DNA from: Halomicronema hongdechloris C2206
Lineage (GTDB): Bacteria > Cyanobacteriota > Cyanobacteriia > Phormidesmidales > Phormidesmidaceae
Length of the DNA: 32,000 nt
Direction of reading: 5' to 3'
NCBI RefSeq assembly: GCF_002075285.3
Contig: NZ_CP021983.2
Location: 810,001-842,000, forward strand
In this document: positions 16,074 to 25,422 of the stretch, in pieces
Layout: every line of letters begins with the position of its first letter
How positions within the stretch are numbered: position 1 is the first letter of the stretch
Notes under the pieces: model-generated
The model's database searches: none
Told to the model about the DNA's origin: nothing
What the model saw: only the letters and a program-made list of their open reading frames with translations
Translations under genes and position numbers: made by a program

Positions 16074-19000
16074 CCCACCGATTGGGTTAATTCGGAATAG
16101 TTGGAAACCGCTTGAACACCCGGATCAGTATCCGCAGCGATCGCCCACCGATTGGGTTAATTCGGAATAGTTGGAAACTCACAGTCCTCGCTGAATTCGC
16201 TTCATTTTGAGCCACTCACCAACCCACCGATTGGGTTAATTCGGAATAGTTGGAAACTCAGGGAACAAATTGATTTTGCCGTTCACCCAAATTGCGGCAT
16301 AGATTACCCACCGATTGGGTTAATTCGGAATAGTTGGAAACTCTTTATGCTCTGGTCTGTAGAGCTCTGGATTCAGCATCCCCCACCGATTGGGTTAATT
16401 CGGAATAGTTGGAAACTGATTAAGTTCGGGAACACAACCATCTGCAGTGTTATGCCCCACCGATTGGGTTAATTCGGAATAGTTGGAAACCCTCGATGTC
16501 CTTGAAGTTTTATAGGCTCTTTAGTATCCGCCCCCACCGATTGGGTTAATTCGGAATAGTTGGAAACCTTCTGCTAAGAAAGGATCCATCGTCAAACACG
16601 ATAAACCCCCACCGATTGGGTTAATTCGGAATAGTTGGAAACGCTGACGTAGCGCAAACCATTCTTCAGCCAGGAAGCTTGGCCCCACCGATTGGGTTAA
16701 TTCGGAATAGTTGGAAACCCGTAGGCCCCATTTGCAACTGCGCGAATACAGGATTCCGTGCCCCCCACCGATTGGGTTAATTCGGAATAGTTGGAAACAG
16801 CAAGGGTTTCAGCCATTCCTCTCCCTTTGCTATACTCTTCCCCCCACCGATTGGGTTAATTCGGAATAGTTGGAAACTCGGGTATCAGTGCTGCTCCTAG
16901 TGCCTTAACCCCAACTCAACCCCCACCGATTGGGTTAATTCGGAATAGTTGGAAACTTTGGAAAGTAGTTTATATAAATTTAGATGACTCCGAAAGCCCC
17001 CACCGATTGGGTTAATTCGGAATAGTTGGAAACTAAATACGGGTGGACCTTCAAAGATTTTGATTCTGTTGACCCCCCACCGATTGGGTTAATTCGGAAT
17101 AGTTGGAAACTTATTCGAACCACTTGGATAAAGTCAACGAACAATTGACCCCCCACCGATTGGGGTTAATTCGGAATAGTTGGAAACGCGGGGAGCAGTC
17201 AACAGGTTGGTGAGTTTCTCATGTATGTTGCCCCCACCGATTGGGTTAATTCGGAATAGTTGGAAACCGTAACAGAGGTGGTCTAAGCTCTAAAACCCTT
17301 GCTGTGTAGGAGTTCCCCCACCGATTGGGTTTAATTCGGAATAGTTGGAAACAGTTCCTCCAAAAGATGTTTCTCAGAGTGTGGCGACCCCCCCACCGAT
17401 TGGGTTAATTCGGAATAGTTGGAAACAATAATCAGTATAAAACTGCCCATTCGTAATACAAACACCCCACCGATTGGGGTTAATTCGGAATAGTTTGGAA
17501 ACCTAGTAATCCCCTGTTTGTTTTTGTAAGGGTAAGGCCGGTTGCCCCACCGATTGGGTTAATTCGGAATAGTTGGAAACGAAGGACGCATTATTGATCT
17601 TACTGGCGCAACCAACCCCCACACCGATTGGGTTAATTCGGAATAGTTGGAAACCTTCGAAAGAAAAGACCTTTTCGGTTTCTATATCTGAATCTCCCCC
17701 CACCGAATTGGGTTAATTCGGAATAGTTTGGAAACAAAGTATCTACAAACCCAGCGGCGACCGCCCCCGGGCCCCCACCGATTGGGTTAATTCGGAATAG
17801 TTGGGAAACAAAGCTTGGGCCAGCTCTAAAGCACTGGCATCAACTTCCCCCCACCCGATTGGGTTAATTCGGAATAGTTGGAAACTGTTCAGGGTGTTCA
17901 ATGGTAGTTGTTTTAGTTAGCCCCCACCGATTGGGGTTAATTCGGAATAGTTGGAAACGTTAAGTAAAAATTTTATTGAAAGAGTTCTTACCTTAACCCC
18001 CACCGATTGGGTTAATTCGGAATAGTTGGAAACCAAATACATCCAGTCATAGAGGCGATTGTAAGGCAGCCCCCACCGATTGGTTAATTCGGAATAGTTG
18101 GAAACTGGCTGCATCGTCGCCTGGTGAAGCTAACGGAGCAAACCCCCACCGATTGGGTTAATTCGGAAATAGTTGGAAACGGGGTGGTGACTAGCTCGTA
18201 GCAAGCAGTCAGCTCCCCGCCCCCCCACCGATTGGGTTAATTCGGAATAGTTGGAAACGGACTTAGGTACAGGGTTGTTTAGATGGACCTATTGGATCGC
18301 CCCCCACCGATTGGGTTAATTCGGAATAGTTGGAAACTTTTCCAAGATTTGGCAAATCAGCGGCGTGTCGTTGCCCCACCGATTGGGTTAATTCGGAATA
18401 GTTGGAAACAGATGTCACAACAAACCCTGAGGCCGCAGCATACAAGACCCCCACCGATTGGGTTAATTCGGAATAGTTGGAAACACTTGTCGGATCAGTA
18501 ATTTACTGAGATCTCATCGCAGCCCCCACCGATTGGGTTAATTCGGAATAGTTGGAAACTGGGCCGGCGACTTGGTAGAGGTAACGGGGGTCCCTCTTCC
18601 TGTTTCCCCCACCGATTGGGGTTAATTCGGAATAGTTGGAAACCCACTGAAAAAGTTAGAGCTGTTATTGTTATAAACGATGGCCCCCACCGATTGGGTT
18701 TAATTCGGAATAGTTGGAAACTGTGGATTTAATGCTGCCGGGTCTCGTTATTGTTGTGAATACCCCCACCGATTGGGTTAATTCGGAATAGTTGGAAACC
18801 CGTAATGGCAATTTTGTTATTATCTAGGTAATGAGAAAATTCTTTCATAGCCCCACCGATTGGGTTAATTCGGAATAGTTGGAAAACAACTCTTGGGGAT
18901 CGAGGAGTACGGAAAATGCTTCATCCCCCCCACCGATTGGGTTAATTCGGAATAGTTGGAAACTCGTTGCCGATATGCAATCGCAGCGGGCAGCTCTTCT

Positions 19001-22000
19001 CCGTCCCCCACCGATTGGGTTAATTCGGAATAGTTGGAAACGGTGTAGCCAGGATTAGAAGGGTGGTCATTGGTCAAGCCCCCACCGATTGGGTAATTCG
19101 GAATAGTTGGAAACTCACGTCAACCCATAAGATCGTGTCCACAGATCCATTCGCCCCCCACCGATTGGGTTAATTCGGAAATAGTTGGAAACCCAGACAG
19201 TTGTGCTTTTTGACGCTAACCGTGCCAGCCCTGGCCCCCACCGATTGGGTTAATTCGGAATAGGTTGGAAACGACTTCCCCCAGCGGGACGCCACAGCCT
19301 CTTGAGCTGTGCCCCCACGATTGGGTTAATTCGGAATAGTTGGAAACCTATGCCTTCTTCAGTTATGGCGACGCCATGTTCCTGACCCCCCCACCGATTG
19401 GGTTAATTCGGAATAGTTGGAAACTACTTCCTCTAGTTCAACATATCCCGATGTAACCAACCCCCACCGATTGGGTTAATTCGGAATAGTTGGAAACCCT
19501 CGCGCATCCACAGTAGGCTTTAGCAAATTTACCTCGATTGCCCCCACCGATTGGGTTAATTCGAATAGTTGGAAACAACATAAAAATTTGTTTTAGTTCT
19601 TACACGCCTCAGTTTCATGCACCCCCACCGATTGGGTTAATTCGGAATAGTTGGAAACACTGAAGCCTGTCGGGTGGCCCAGCGCATCCACATGCCCCCA
19701 CCGATTGGGTTAATTCGGAATAGTTGGAAACCGAGAGGCAGGACCAGCGATTGCAGCAGCAGGAAGAGGAACCCCACCGATTGGGTTAATTCGGAATAGT
19801 TGGAAACACGTATGGCCGGCCAGCAGGTTCTATGTCTATACCCCACCGATTGGGTTAATTCGGAATAGTTGAACAAGATCTCAAGTCGAGAGATCTTCAA
19901 CAAATACCAAACTAGCCCCACCGATTGGGTTAATTCGGAATAGTTGGAAACCCACAGTCCCTAGGGGTTGAGGACGGAGCAGGTTTTCCCCCCACCGATT
20001 GGGTTAATTCGGAATAGTTGGAAACATGACTGACGCCCGGGACTCACCCGAATCCCGCAAACGAGCCCCACCGATTGGGTTAATTCGGAATAGTTGGAAA
20101 CCCGAACAATAACTGTCAGGTCACCAAAGTCAATGTTGTAGCCCCACCGATTGGGTTAATTCGGAATAGTTGGAACTCAAGGCTATCGATTAAAATGCGC
20201 TCGATTTTACCCGCAGCCCCACCGATTGGGTAATTCGGAATAGTTGGAAACAACTTTGAGTCCACCAGGATACCATAACAGGAGCACTAGGCCCACCGAT
20301 TGGGTTAATTCGGAAATAGTTGGAAACCAGTTCTTTTTATAAAAAAGTTCTCACACCATAAGAGAAAGTTCCCCACCGATTGGGTTAATTCGGAATAGTT
20401 GGAAACGTGGTAGGAAAAGTCGCAGCAAATGGCGCGGCACCCCCACCGATTGGGTTTAATTCGGAATAGTTGAAACGTCTCCGGGTTTGTAGGGTTTTTC
20501 CTTCCTGTTATCTATATCCCCCCCACCGATTGGGTTAATTCGGAATAGTTGGAACGTACAAGCAGCGGCTTCATTTGCAAGTTTACTGACTTCACCCCAC
20601 CGATTGGGTTAATTCGGATAGTTGGAAACGCATCATTCCATAGTCGATCTGGTCAACTGCCCATTAGGTTAGGCACCCACCGATTGGGTTAATTCGGAAT
20701 AGTTGGAAACATGAATTCCTGCTAAGTCAAGATTTGGTAGTTCCGACAGGCCCCACCGATTGGGTTAATCGGAATATTTGGAAACCAAACGATCGAAGTT
20801 GCTGATATTTCAGCGTTGAAAGCGCTCCCCCACCGATTGGGTTAATTCCGGAATAGTTGGAAACGGTCGTGATTGGTCGCTACGCGGCTGAGGGTGCTCT
20901 TTACCCTACCCCACCGATTGGGTTAATTCGGAATAGTTGGAAACATAGGCAAAGGAGAGATCAACCCAAAGAGGACGTCGACCCCACCGATTGGGGTTAA
21001 TTCGGAAATAGTTGGAAACTCAGCCCGCGACGAGCGAGCGAGGAGCACTATGCGCAGTACCCCACCGATTGGGTTAATTCGGAATAGTTGGAAACCGGTT
21101 GATGCCGCCATGGAAGGCGGTACCATAGTTTCGTTCCCCACCCGATTGGGTTTAATCGGAATAGTTGGAAACTCACCTGAATAGTACCCAGAGATTGTGC
21201 CTGATTCAGTCCCCCCCACCGATTGGGTTAATTCGGAATAGTTGGAAACACCTGGCATCGACACCTGGCCTGTCACTACAACAACTGGCCCCACCGATTG
21301 GGTTTAATTCGGAATAGTTGGAAACTCTAAAAACTGACCCTTCCGTCATCGCCAGCGTTTCACCTCCCCCACCGATTGGGTTAATTCGGAATAGTTGGAA
21401 ACTGAAAATCCAGAATCATGAGGACACTAAGCAACTTGTCCCCACCCGATTGGGTTAATTCGGAATAGTTGGAAACGACTGGCGTTTCCCAATGGGCCGA
21501 GCATTTTCATGCCGGTTCCCCCCACCGATTGGGTTAATTCGGAATAGTTGGAAACGGGAAGTTCCTCAAAAGTACTATATGGATTTGACTCAAGCCCCCA
21601 CCGATTGGGTTAATTCGGAATAGTTGGAAACCAAAATCCCCGGTATTCTTCTTCTTGGATGTGAACTTCTCCCCACCGATTGGGTTAATTCGGAATAGTT
21701 GGAAACGCCCTCTCCCGTTGGGGTTGGCGCATGATATATCTTGGCACCCCACCGATTGGGTTAATTCGGAATAGTTGGAAACATGGGGGAGCTAGGCCAG
21801 GAGCCGGTCGAAAACCTAAATATCCCCACCGATTGGGTTAATTCGGAATAGTTGGAAACGTCAGTAACTGAAGCTTTGATTGAATCCCCCTTGTTAGCCC
21901 CACCGATTGGGTTAATTCGGAATAGTTGGAAACGATTGTTAATTGGAGTAGAGAGTCCACTTTCTGCGGTTTGCAACCCCACCGATTGGGTTAATTCGGA

Positions 22001-22012
22001 ATAGTTGGAAAC
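16074..22012 (+). CRISPR. CRISPR array, 78 repeats and 77 spacers
   Basis: The 35-nt core is CCCACCGATTGGGTTAATTCGGAATAGTTGGAAAC, preceded by 0-4 extra C. I located 78 copies by hand, with repeat starts 64-83 nt apart. With the 35-nt core, the spacers whose length I computed run from 35 to 49 nt. The ...GTTGGAAAC 3' end and the cas2-proximal leader set the transcription direction to plus. Confidence 0.95.
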
Positions 22013-22035
22013 CGAAGAAAAGAACGAGGGCGGAG

Positions 22036-22238
22036 GGCGGAAGAACGAGGAGATTAGAGTGAAGGTGCTCACAAATGATGAGCCTCTCACCATTGGACTC
22101 TTCCGTCCTCTCTCTTCCCTCTTCCGTCCTTCGGACCATGGGCGGAAGAACGAGGAGATTAGAAGAAAGATGCTCACAAATGATGAGCCTCTCACCATCG
22201 GACTCTTCCGTCCTCTCTCTTCCCTCTTTCGTCCTTCG
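22036..22238. repeat. tandem duplication (period 105 bp) of a ~98-bp element with purine-rich and pyrimidine-rich arms, abutting the last CRISPR repeat
   Basis: Units 22036..22133 and 22141..22238 (GGCGGAAGAACGAGGAGATTAGA...GCTCACAAATGATGAGC...CTCTTCCGTCCTCTCTCTTCCCTCTTCCGTCCTTCG) differ at only a few positions. The 5' arm pairs imperfectly with the 3' arm. Confidence 0.8.
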
Positions 22239-22250
22239 AAGTTTGAGAGA

Positions 22251-22487
22251 GTAGGTAGGGTGGGCAAAATCAGGATATAGCAAGCCTAACTGAATTTAGA
22301 ATGAGAATCGCTTACAAAGCCTATAGTCTATGGAATGCTGTTCGAAATTCAACTGTGATTGCTATAGATAACCCTCGCTGGTGCCTGTAAGCTTTGTTTG
22401 CCCACCAATTTTTTCAGCGGTGGGCATTGTAGTTTGAGTGTGGGTTAGCCAAGATTTCGGACAAGATAATGCCCACCCTACGAGCTC
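22251..22487. mobile_element. copy A of a 148-bp MITE (TIR GTAGGGTGGGCA..AT), carrying a nested 87-bp mini-MITE
   Basis: Same sequence as 26957..27104 and 28445..28592, except for an insertion at 22278..22364. Confidence 0.8.
22278..22364. mobile_element. 87-bp mini-MITE inserted in MITE copy A
   Basis: Absent from copies B and C, which read CAGGATAGATAACC. It is flanked by a TA duplication (22276..22277 and 22365..22366). Its ends TAGCAA...TGAATTT.GAA and the reverse complement of the other end match at 18 of 26 positions. Confidence 0.7.
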
Positions 22488-22541
22488 ACTTTTTAACCAA
22501 ATTCCTCCCTCTTCCGTCTTCTCTCTTCCGTCCTTTCAACT

Positions 22542-22564
22542 CCGATTGGGTTAATTCGGAATAG
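22542..22564 (+). repeat. orphan partial CRISPR repeat (positions 5-27 of the 35-nt core)
   Basis: CCGATTGGGTTAATTCGGAATAG is identical to the repeat interior, then continues ATGACGGCTCAAAG instead of TTGGAAAC. It lies 530 nt beyond the array end. Confidence 0.75.
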
Positions 22565-22579
22565 ATGACGGCTCAAAGT

Positions 22580-22740
22580 CCCTCTCCCGCTCTGGGAGAG
22601 GGATTTAGGGAGAGGGAAAACTCAGCTATCAAAGAGCCTTCCTCCACGGAATTCGCCCCTTCGCATACCAGGTGGGCAAGCCAAAGATTGACCCTACCTA
22701 GCTAAGCTACCGATGCTGGGCTTACCCACCCTACAATTCC
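22580..22740. repeat. 161-bp composite repeat, copy 1 (GGGAGAGGG hairpin unit plus ~90-bp GGTGGGCAAGCC/GGCTTACCCACC element)
   Basis: Near-identical to 23511..23672. Its second half recurs at 28765..28852. Confidence 0.8.
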
Positions 22741-22964
22741 TGGGAGAGGGATTTAGGGAGAGGGAAAACCCAGCCATCAATGCGCTTTCTCACGCTAAGT
22801 TCGCCCTCTATCCCCTAACCCCCCTACGACTGCGCTCAGGGCATCGCTTTCTGCCAAAATGGGCGAAAGGGGAACCAGACCCATCAAAGACTACTCCCAA
22901 CATGAGATAACCCCTTATAGAAAGGGCATTCTTACCCAAAGAACACCACTCGAAAACCCGCCCA

Positions 22965-23363
22965 ATGACCTCCCATCCCACAGAAAAATGGGACATCCCC
23001 GAATCCCTACGTCGTCGCATGGTCGAAGTAGCCCGCGACCTACGACAACAGCAGACCCCATCAGAAGAAAAACTTTGGCAACAGTTACGACGCAAGCAAC
23101 GCGGTTATAGAGTGCGGCGACAACAGCCTATCGGTCCCTTTATCGTAGACTTCTACATATCCCAAGCTCGACTCGTGATCGAAGTTGATGGTGCCGTTCA
23201 CACTCAACACATTGAAAAAGACAAACAACGGCAAGACCTTTTAGAAGAACTCGGATTAACCGTTCTCCGCTTCTCTACAACCGCAGTAGAGCAAACCTTA
23301 TCAGAAGTCTTAGAGCAGATCGATACTTACGTTCAAATCCTGACAACTCAGACAAATATTTAG
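22965..23363 (+). CDS. DUF559 / Vsr-like endonuclease-domain protein
   Basis: RDLRQQQTPSEEKLWQQLRRKQ..GYRVRRQQPIGPFIVDFYISQARLVIEVDGAVH......D..R...L...G..VLRF is the typical DUF559 pattern. Confidence 0.8.
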   Translation: MTSHPTEKWDIPESLRRRMVEVARDLRQQQTPSEEKLWQQLRRKQRGYRVRRQQPIGPFIVDFYISQARLVIEVDGAVHTQHIEKDKQRQDLLEELGLTVLRFSTTAVEQTLSEVLEQIDTYVQILTTQTNI

Positions 23364-23389
23364 TAACCTTCAAAGCCCCTCTCCCCTGG

Positions 23390-23506
23390 TTGACTGACAA
23401 AAGATTCTGCATTGGGCGCGGAAACCGCGCCCTTACCAGATTGCTGTAGGGGGCAGGTTCCCTGACCCTTTGGATAGTCTGGGTTCTAGCAGGTTTTGTC
23501 AGTCAA
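23390..23506. repeat. 117-bp palindromic (MITE-like) element
   Basis: 13-bp perfect inverted termini TTGACTGACAAAA and TTTTGTCAGTCAA, with an internal hairpin GGGCGCGG-AAA-CCGCGCCC. Confidence 0.65.
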
Positions 23507-23510
23507 TGAG

Positions 23511-23672
23511 CCCTCTCCCGCTCTGGGAGAGGGATTTAGGGAGAGGGAAAACTCAGCTATCAAAGAGCCTTCCTCCACCGAATTCGCCCCTTCACATACC
23601 AGGTGGGCAAGCCAAAGATTGACCCTACCTGGCTAAAGCTATCGATGCTGGGCTTAGCCACCCTACGATTCC
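23511..23672. repeat. 161-bp composite repeat, copy 2
   Basis: Direct repeat of 22580..22740. Together the two copies bracket the DUF559 gene. Confidence 0.8.
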
Positions 23673-23720
23673 TGACTGGTCCCGTATTAGGATCAATACA
23701 ACCCTTCAGACCCTTGAGCC

Positions 23721-23849
23721 ATGCCTCAAACTGCAACCGACTACAAACATATTGTCCTCGATGAAAACCAAGTGCCCTTAATCGAAGGCAGCACACTAAA
23801 AGTGATTGAAATTGTCATGGCCCAAAGAGCTTATGGCTGGACTCCTGAA
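23721..23849 (+). pseudogene. DUF433 gene, 5' part (split by the IS5-family element)
   Basis: MPQTATDYKHIVLDENQVPLIEGSTLKVIEIVMAQRAYGWTPE continues in frame at 25140 as EIYVNHRNLTMSQIYGALSYYWDH once the IS and one TGAA copy are removed. Confidence 0.8.
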
Positions 23850-25135
23850 GGGGACCTCGATTAATCAGTTTTCTTTAGCTAATGGCGTCTCATTTGAGAC
23901 CGTCAAGGTGACTCAAAGAGAGTCCGAGACATTCCACCGAAAAAAGCTTCCCATTTTGACAAAAAAATAGGGTTGGAAGACCACGTTTAAGTCGATTTCC
24001 CGGCTTTAGGTCCGATTATCTTGCCAGTTCAGCCGATGCAGCACGTTGGGTTTCGAGACACACAAACCGCTTCAGGTTATACACCAGATTTTTCAGACCT
24101 AGCTGGGTCTGGGCACGGGCTAACCCGATGCTGCGCACCACCTTGCCACCCATGCTGGTGACGACATCTCCGAAGATGTGCTCCACTCTGGCACGGGTTT
24201 TGGAGCGCTCTCGATTCGCGGTTTTCTGGGCCTCGCTTAAGGGGCGATTGCGATAGGCCCGTTCATTTATATGCGGCTCAAACCCTATCAATTTCAGCAC
24301 CTCGACAATCAGCACGGAGAGATACGCACTATCGGCCCAAAGTCCATCGCCGCTATTATCCGCATCGAGCAACTCGCCCAAGACCTGCGAGTCATGGACC
24401 GACGCATCGGTGACGCTGTAACGGCGAATGAGCTTAAAGCCGGCATCACTATTGATGTGGTTTTTGTAGCCGTAGTGGGACGTTCCATTTTTCTTCGTCC
24501 ATCGGGCGTCAACATCTTTTTGCGCGAGCTGATGAGGGGTCTCTTGCCACTCAACGGGAACCTCACCCTGCTTGAGGGTTTGGTTCTCCTCACGGGTGTT
24601 GCGTTGTTTGGGAACTGGAATCAAGGTCGCATCCACAATTTGCCCATCCTTGGCGGCATAGCCTGCCCCTTGCAGATAGGCTCCAAACTGCTCGAACAAC
24701 GCCTCCACCAAGCCGTGCTGCTGCAACTGTTCTCGGAAGAGCCACACCGTCGTTGCATCCGGGACTCTATCCTCAAGCCCCAAACCGAGAAATTGCATGA
24801 AGGACAGTCGGTCGTTGACCTGATATTCCAGTTCGTCATCGCTGATGTTGTATAGCTTTTGCAGCACCAGCATCTTGAAGAGTAACAGGACATCGGTGGG
24901 GTTACGACCGGCCTGGCTTTTGCGCGGTTTCTCTCGAATCTGCATCAGAATCGGACGAAAGGTCTCCCACGGCACCAGTTGATTCAACCGATTCAGTACC
25001 GCCTTCTTTTGCTCCAGTTTTTGCTGGCGCTCTTCGATATCCCAGAATCCCTGCTGTCCCATGGCCTGCGTGCTTCAACAAAACCGACCTTATGATCTCA
25101 TACTGAGATCGCTCTGGCTATTTTTCGAGGTGCCC
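23850..25135 (-). mobile_element. IS5-family insertion sequence (1286 bp)
   Basis: Termini GGGGACCTCGATTAATCAG and the reverse complement GGGCACCTCGAAAAATAGC. A 4-bp target duplication TGAA lies at 23846..23849 and 25136..25139. Confidence 0.85.
24016..25062 (-). CDS. IS5-family DDE transposase
   Basis: 348 aa. GRNPTDVLLLFKMLVLQKLYNISDDELEYQVNDRLSFMQFLGL is the characteristic IS5-group N-terminal region. Confidence 0.85.
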   Translation of the reverse strand: MGQQGFWDIEERQQKLEQKKAVLNRLNQLVPWETFRPILMQIREKPRKSQAGRNPTDVLLLFKMLVLQKLYNISDDELEYQVNDRLSFMQFLGLGLEDRVPDATTVWLFREQLQQHGLVEALFEQFGAYLQGAGYAAKDGQIVDATLIPVPKQRNTREENQTLKQGEVPVEWQETPHQLAQKDVDARWTKKNGTSHYGYKNHINSDAGFKLIRRYSVTDASVHDSQVLGELLDADNSGDGLWADSAYLSVLIVEVLKLIGFEPHINERAYRNRPLSEAQKTANRERSKTRARVEHIFGDVVTSMGGKVVRSIGLARAQTQLGLKNLVYNLKRFVCLETQRAASAELAR

Positions 25136-25139
25136 TGAA

Positions 25140-25328
25140 GAGATTTACGTTAACCACCGCAATCTAACCATGAGTCAGATTTATGGAGCACTCTCCTACT
25201 ACTGGGATCACAAAGCAGACCTAGATGCTGCCATTGAAGCCGACCTTCAGGAGGCGGAAGCAATGCGCTTAGAAGCTGGCGAGTCCCCCTTCGTTGCACG
25301 ACTGAAAGCTCAGGGCTTGTTGCAATGA
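25140..25328 (+). pseudogene. DUF433 gene, 3' part
   Basis: See 23721..23849. The stop overlaps the ATG of the next gene (ATGA). Confidence 0.8.
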
Positions 25329-25422
25329 GCCTCAGCTTGTATATGGACGAGAATGTTCATGGTGCCATCACCACAGGATTACGGATAAGAGAAGTTGATG
25401 TTCTAACCGTGCAGGAAGACGG
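25325..25422 (+). pseudogene. DUF5615 (PIN-like partner of DUF433), 5' part, split by the ISAs1-family element
   Basis: MSLSLYMDENVHGAITTGLRIREVDVLTVQEDG continues as RSGMADDLVIQRATELERIVFSQDRDFL at 26661. Confidence 0.8.

Noticed and set aside
15872-16090. 72-aa ORF starting right after cas2
   Set aside because: It covers the CRISPR leader and runs into the first repeat. It has no ribosome-binding site or family resemblance, so I treat it as leader DNA.
17503-21752. Many 60-125-aa ORFs on both strands inside the array (recurring VSNYSELTQSVG, FQLFRINPIGG, PPIGLIRNSWK)
   Set aside because: These are translations of the CRISPR repeat in different frames. The periodic peptide motifs are an artefact of the repeat.
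21761-22283. ORFs of 168, 114 and 91 aa with duplicated EGRKREERGRKSPMVRGSSFVS segments
   Set aside because: They translate the last repeats plus the 105-bp tandem duplication. The internal duplication is a DNA repeat, not a protein domain.
22713-23110. ORFs of 65, 95 and 83 aa around the DUF559 start
   Set aside because: They lie over GGGAGAGGG-type dispersed repeats or overlap the DUF559 frame, and have no coding-like composition.
23560-23796. 78-aa minus-strand ORF
   Set aside because: It overlaps the 161-bp repeat copy 2 and the well-supported DUF433 5' part on the opposite strand.
24271-24893. 194-, 94- and 90-aa ORFs inside the IS5 element; likewise 25778..26135 in the ISAs1 element and 27619..28202 in the IS4 element
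   Set aside because: They are antisense or off-frame relative to well-supported transposase genes.
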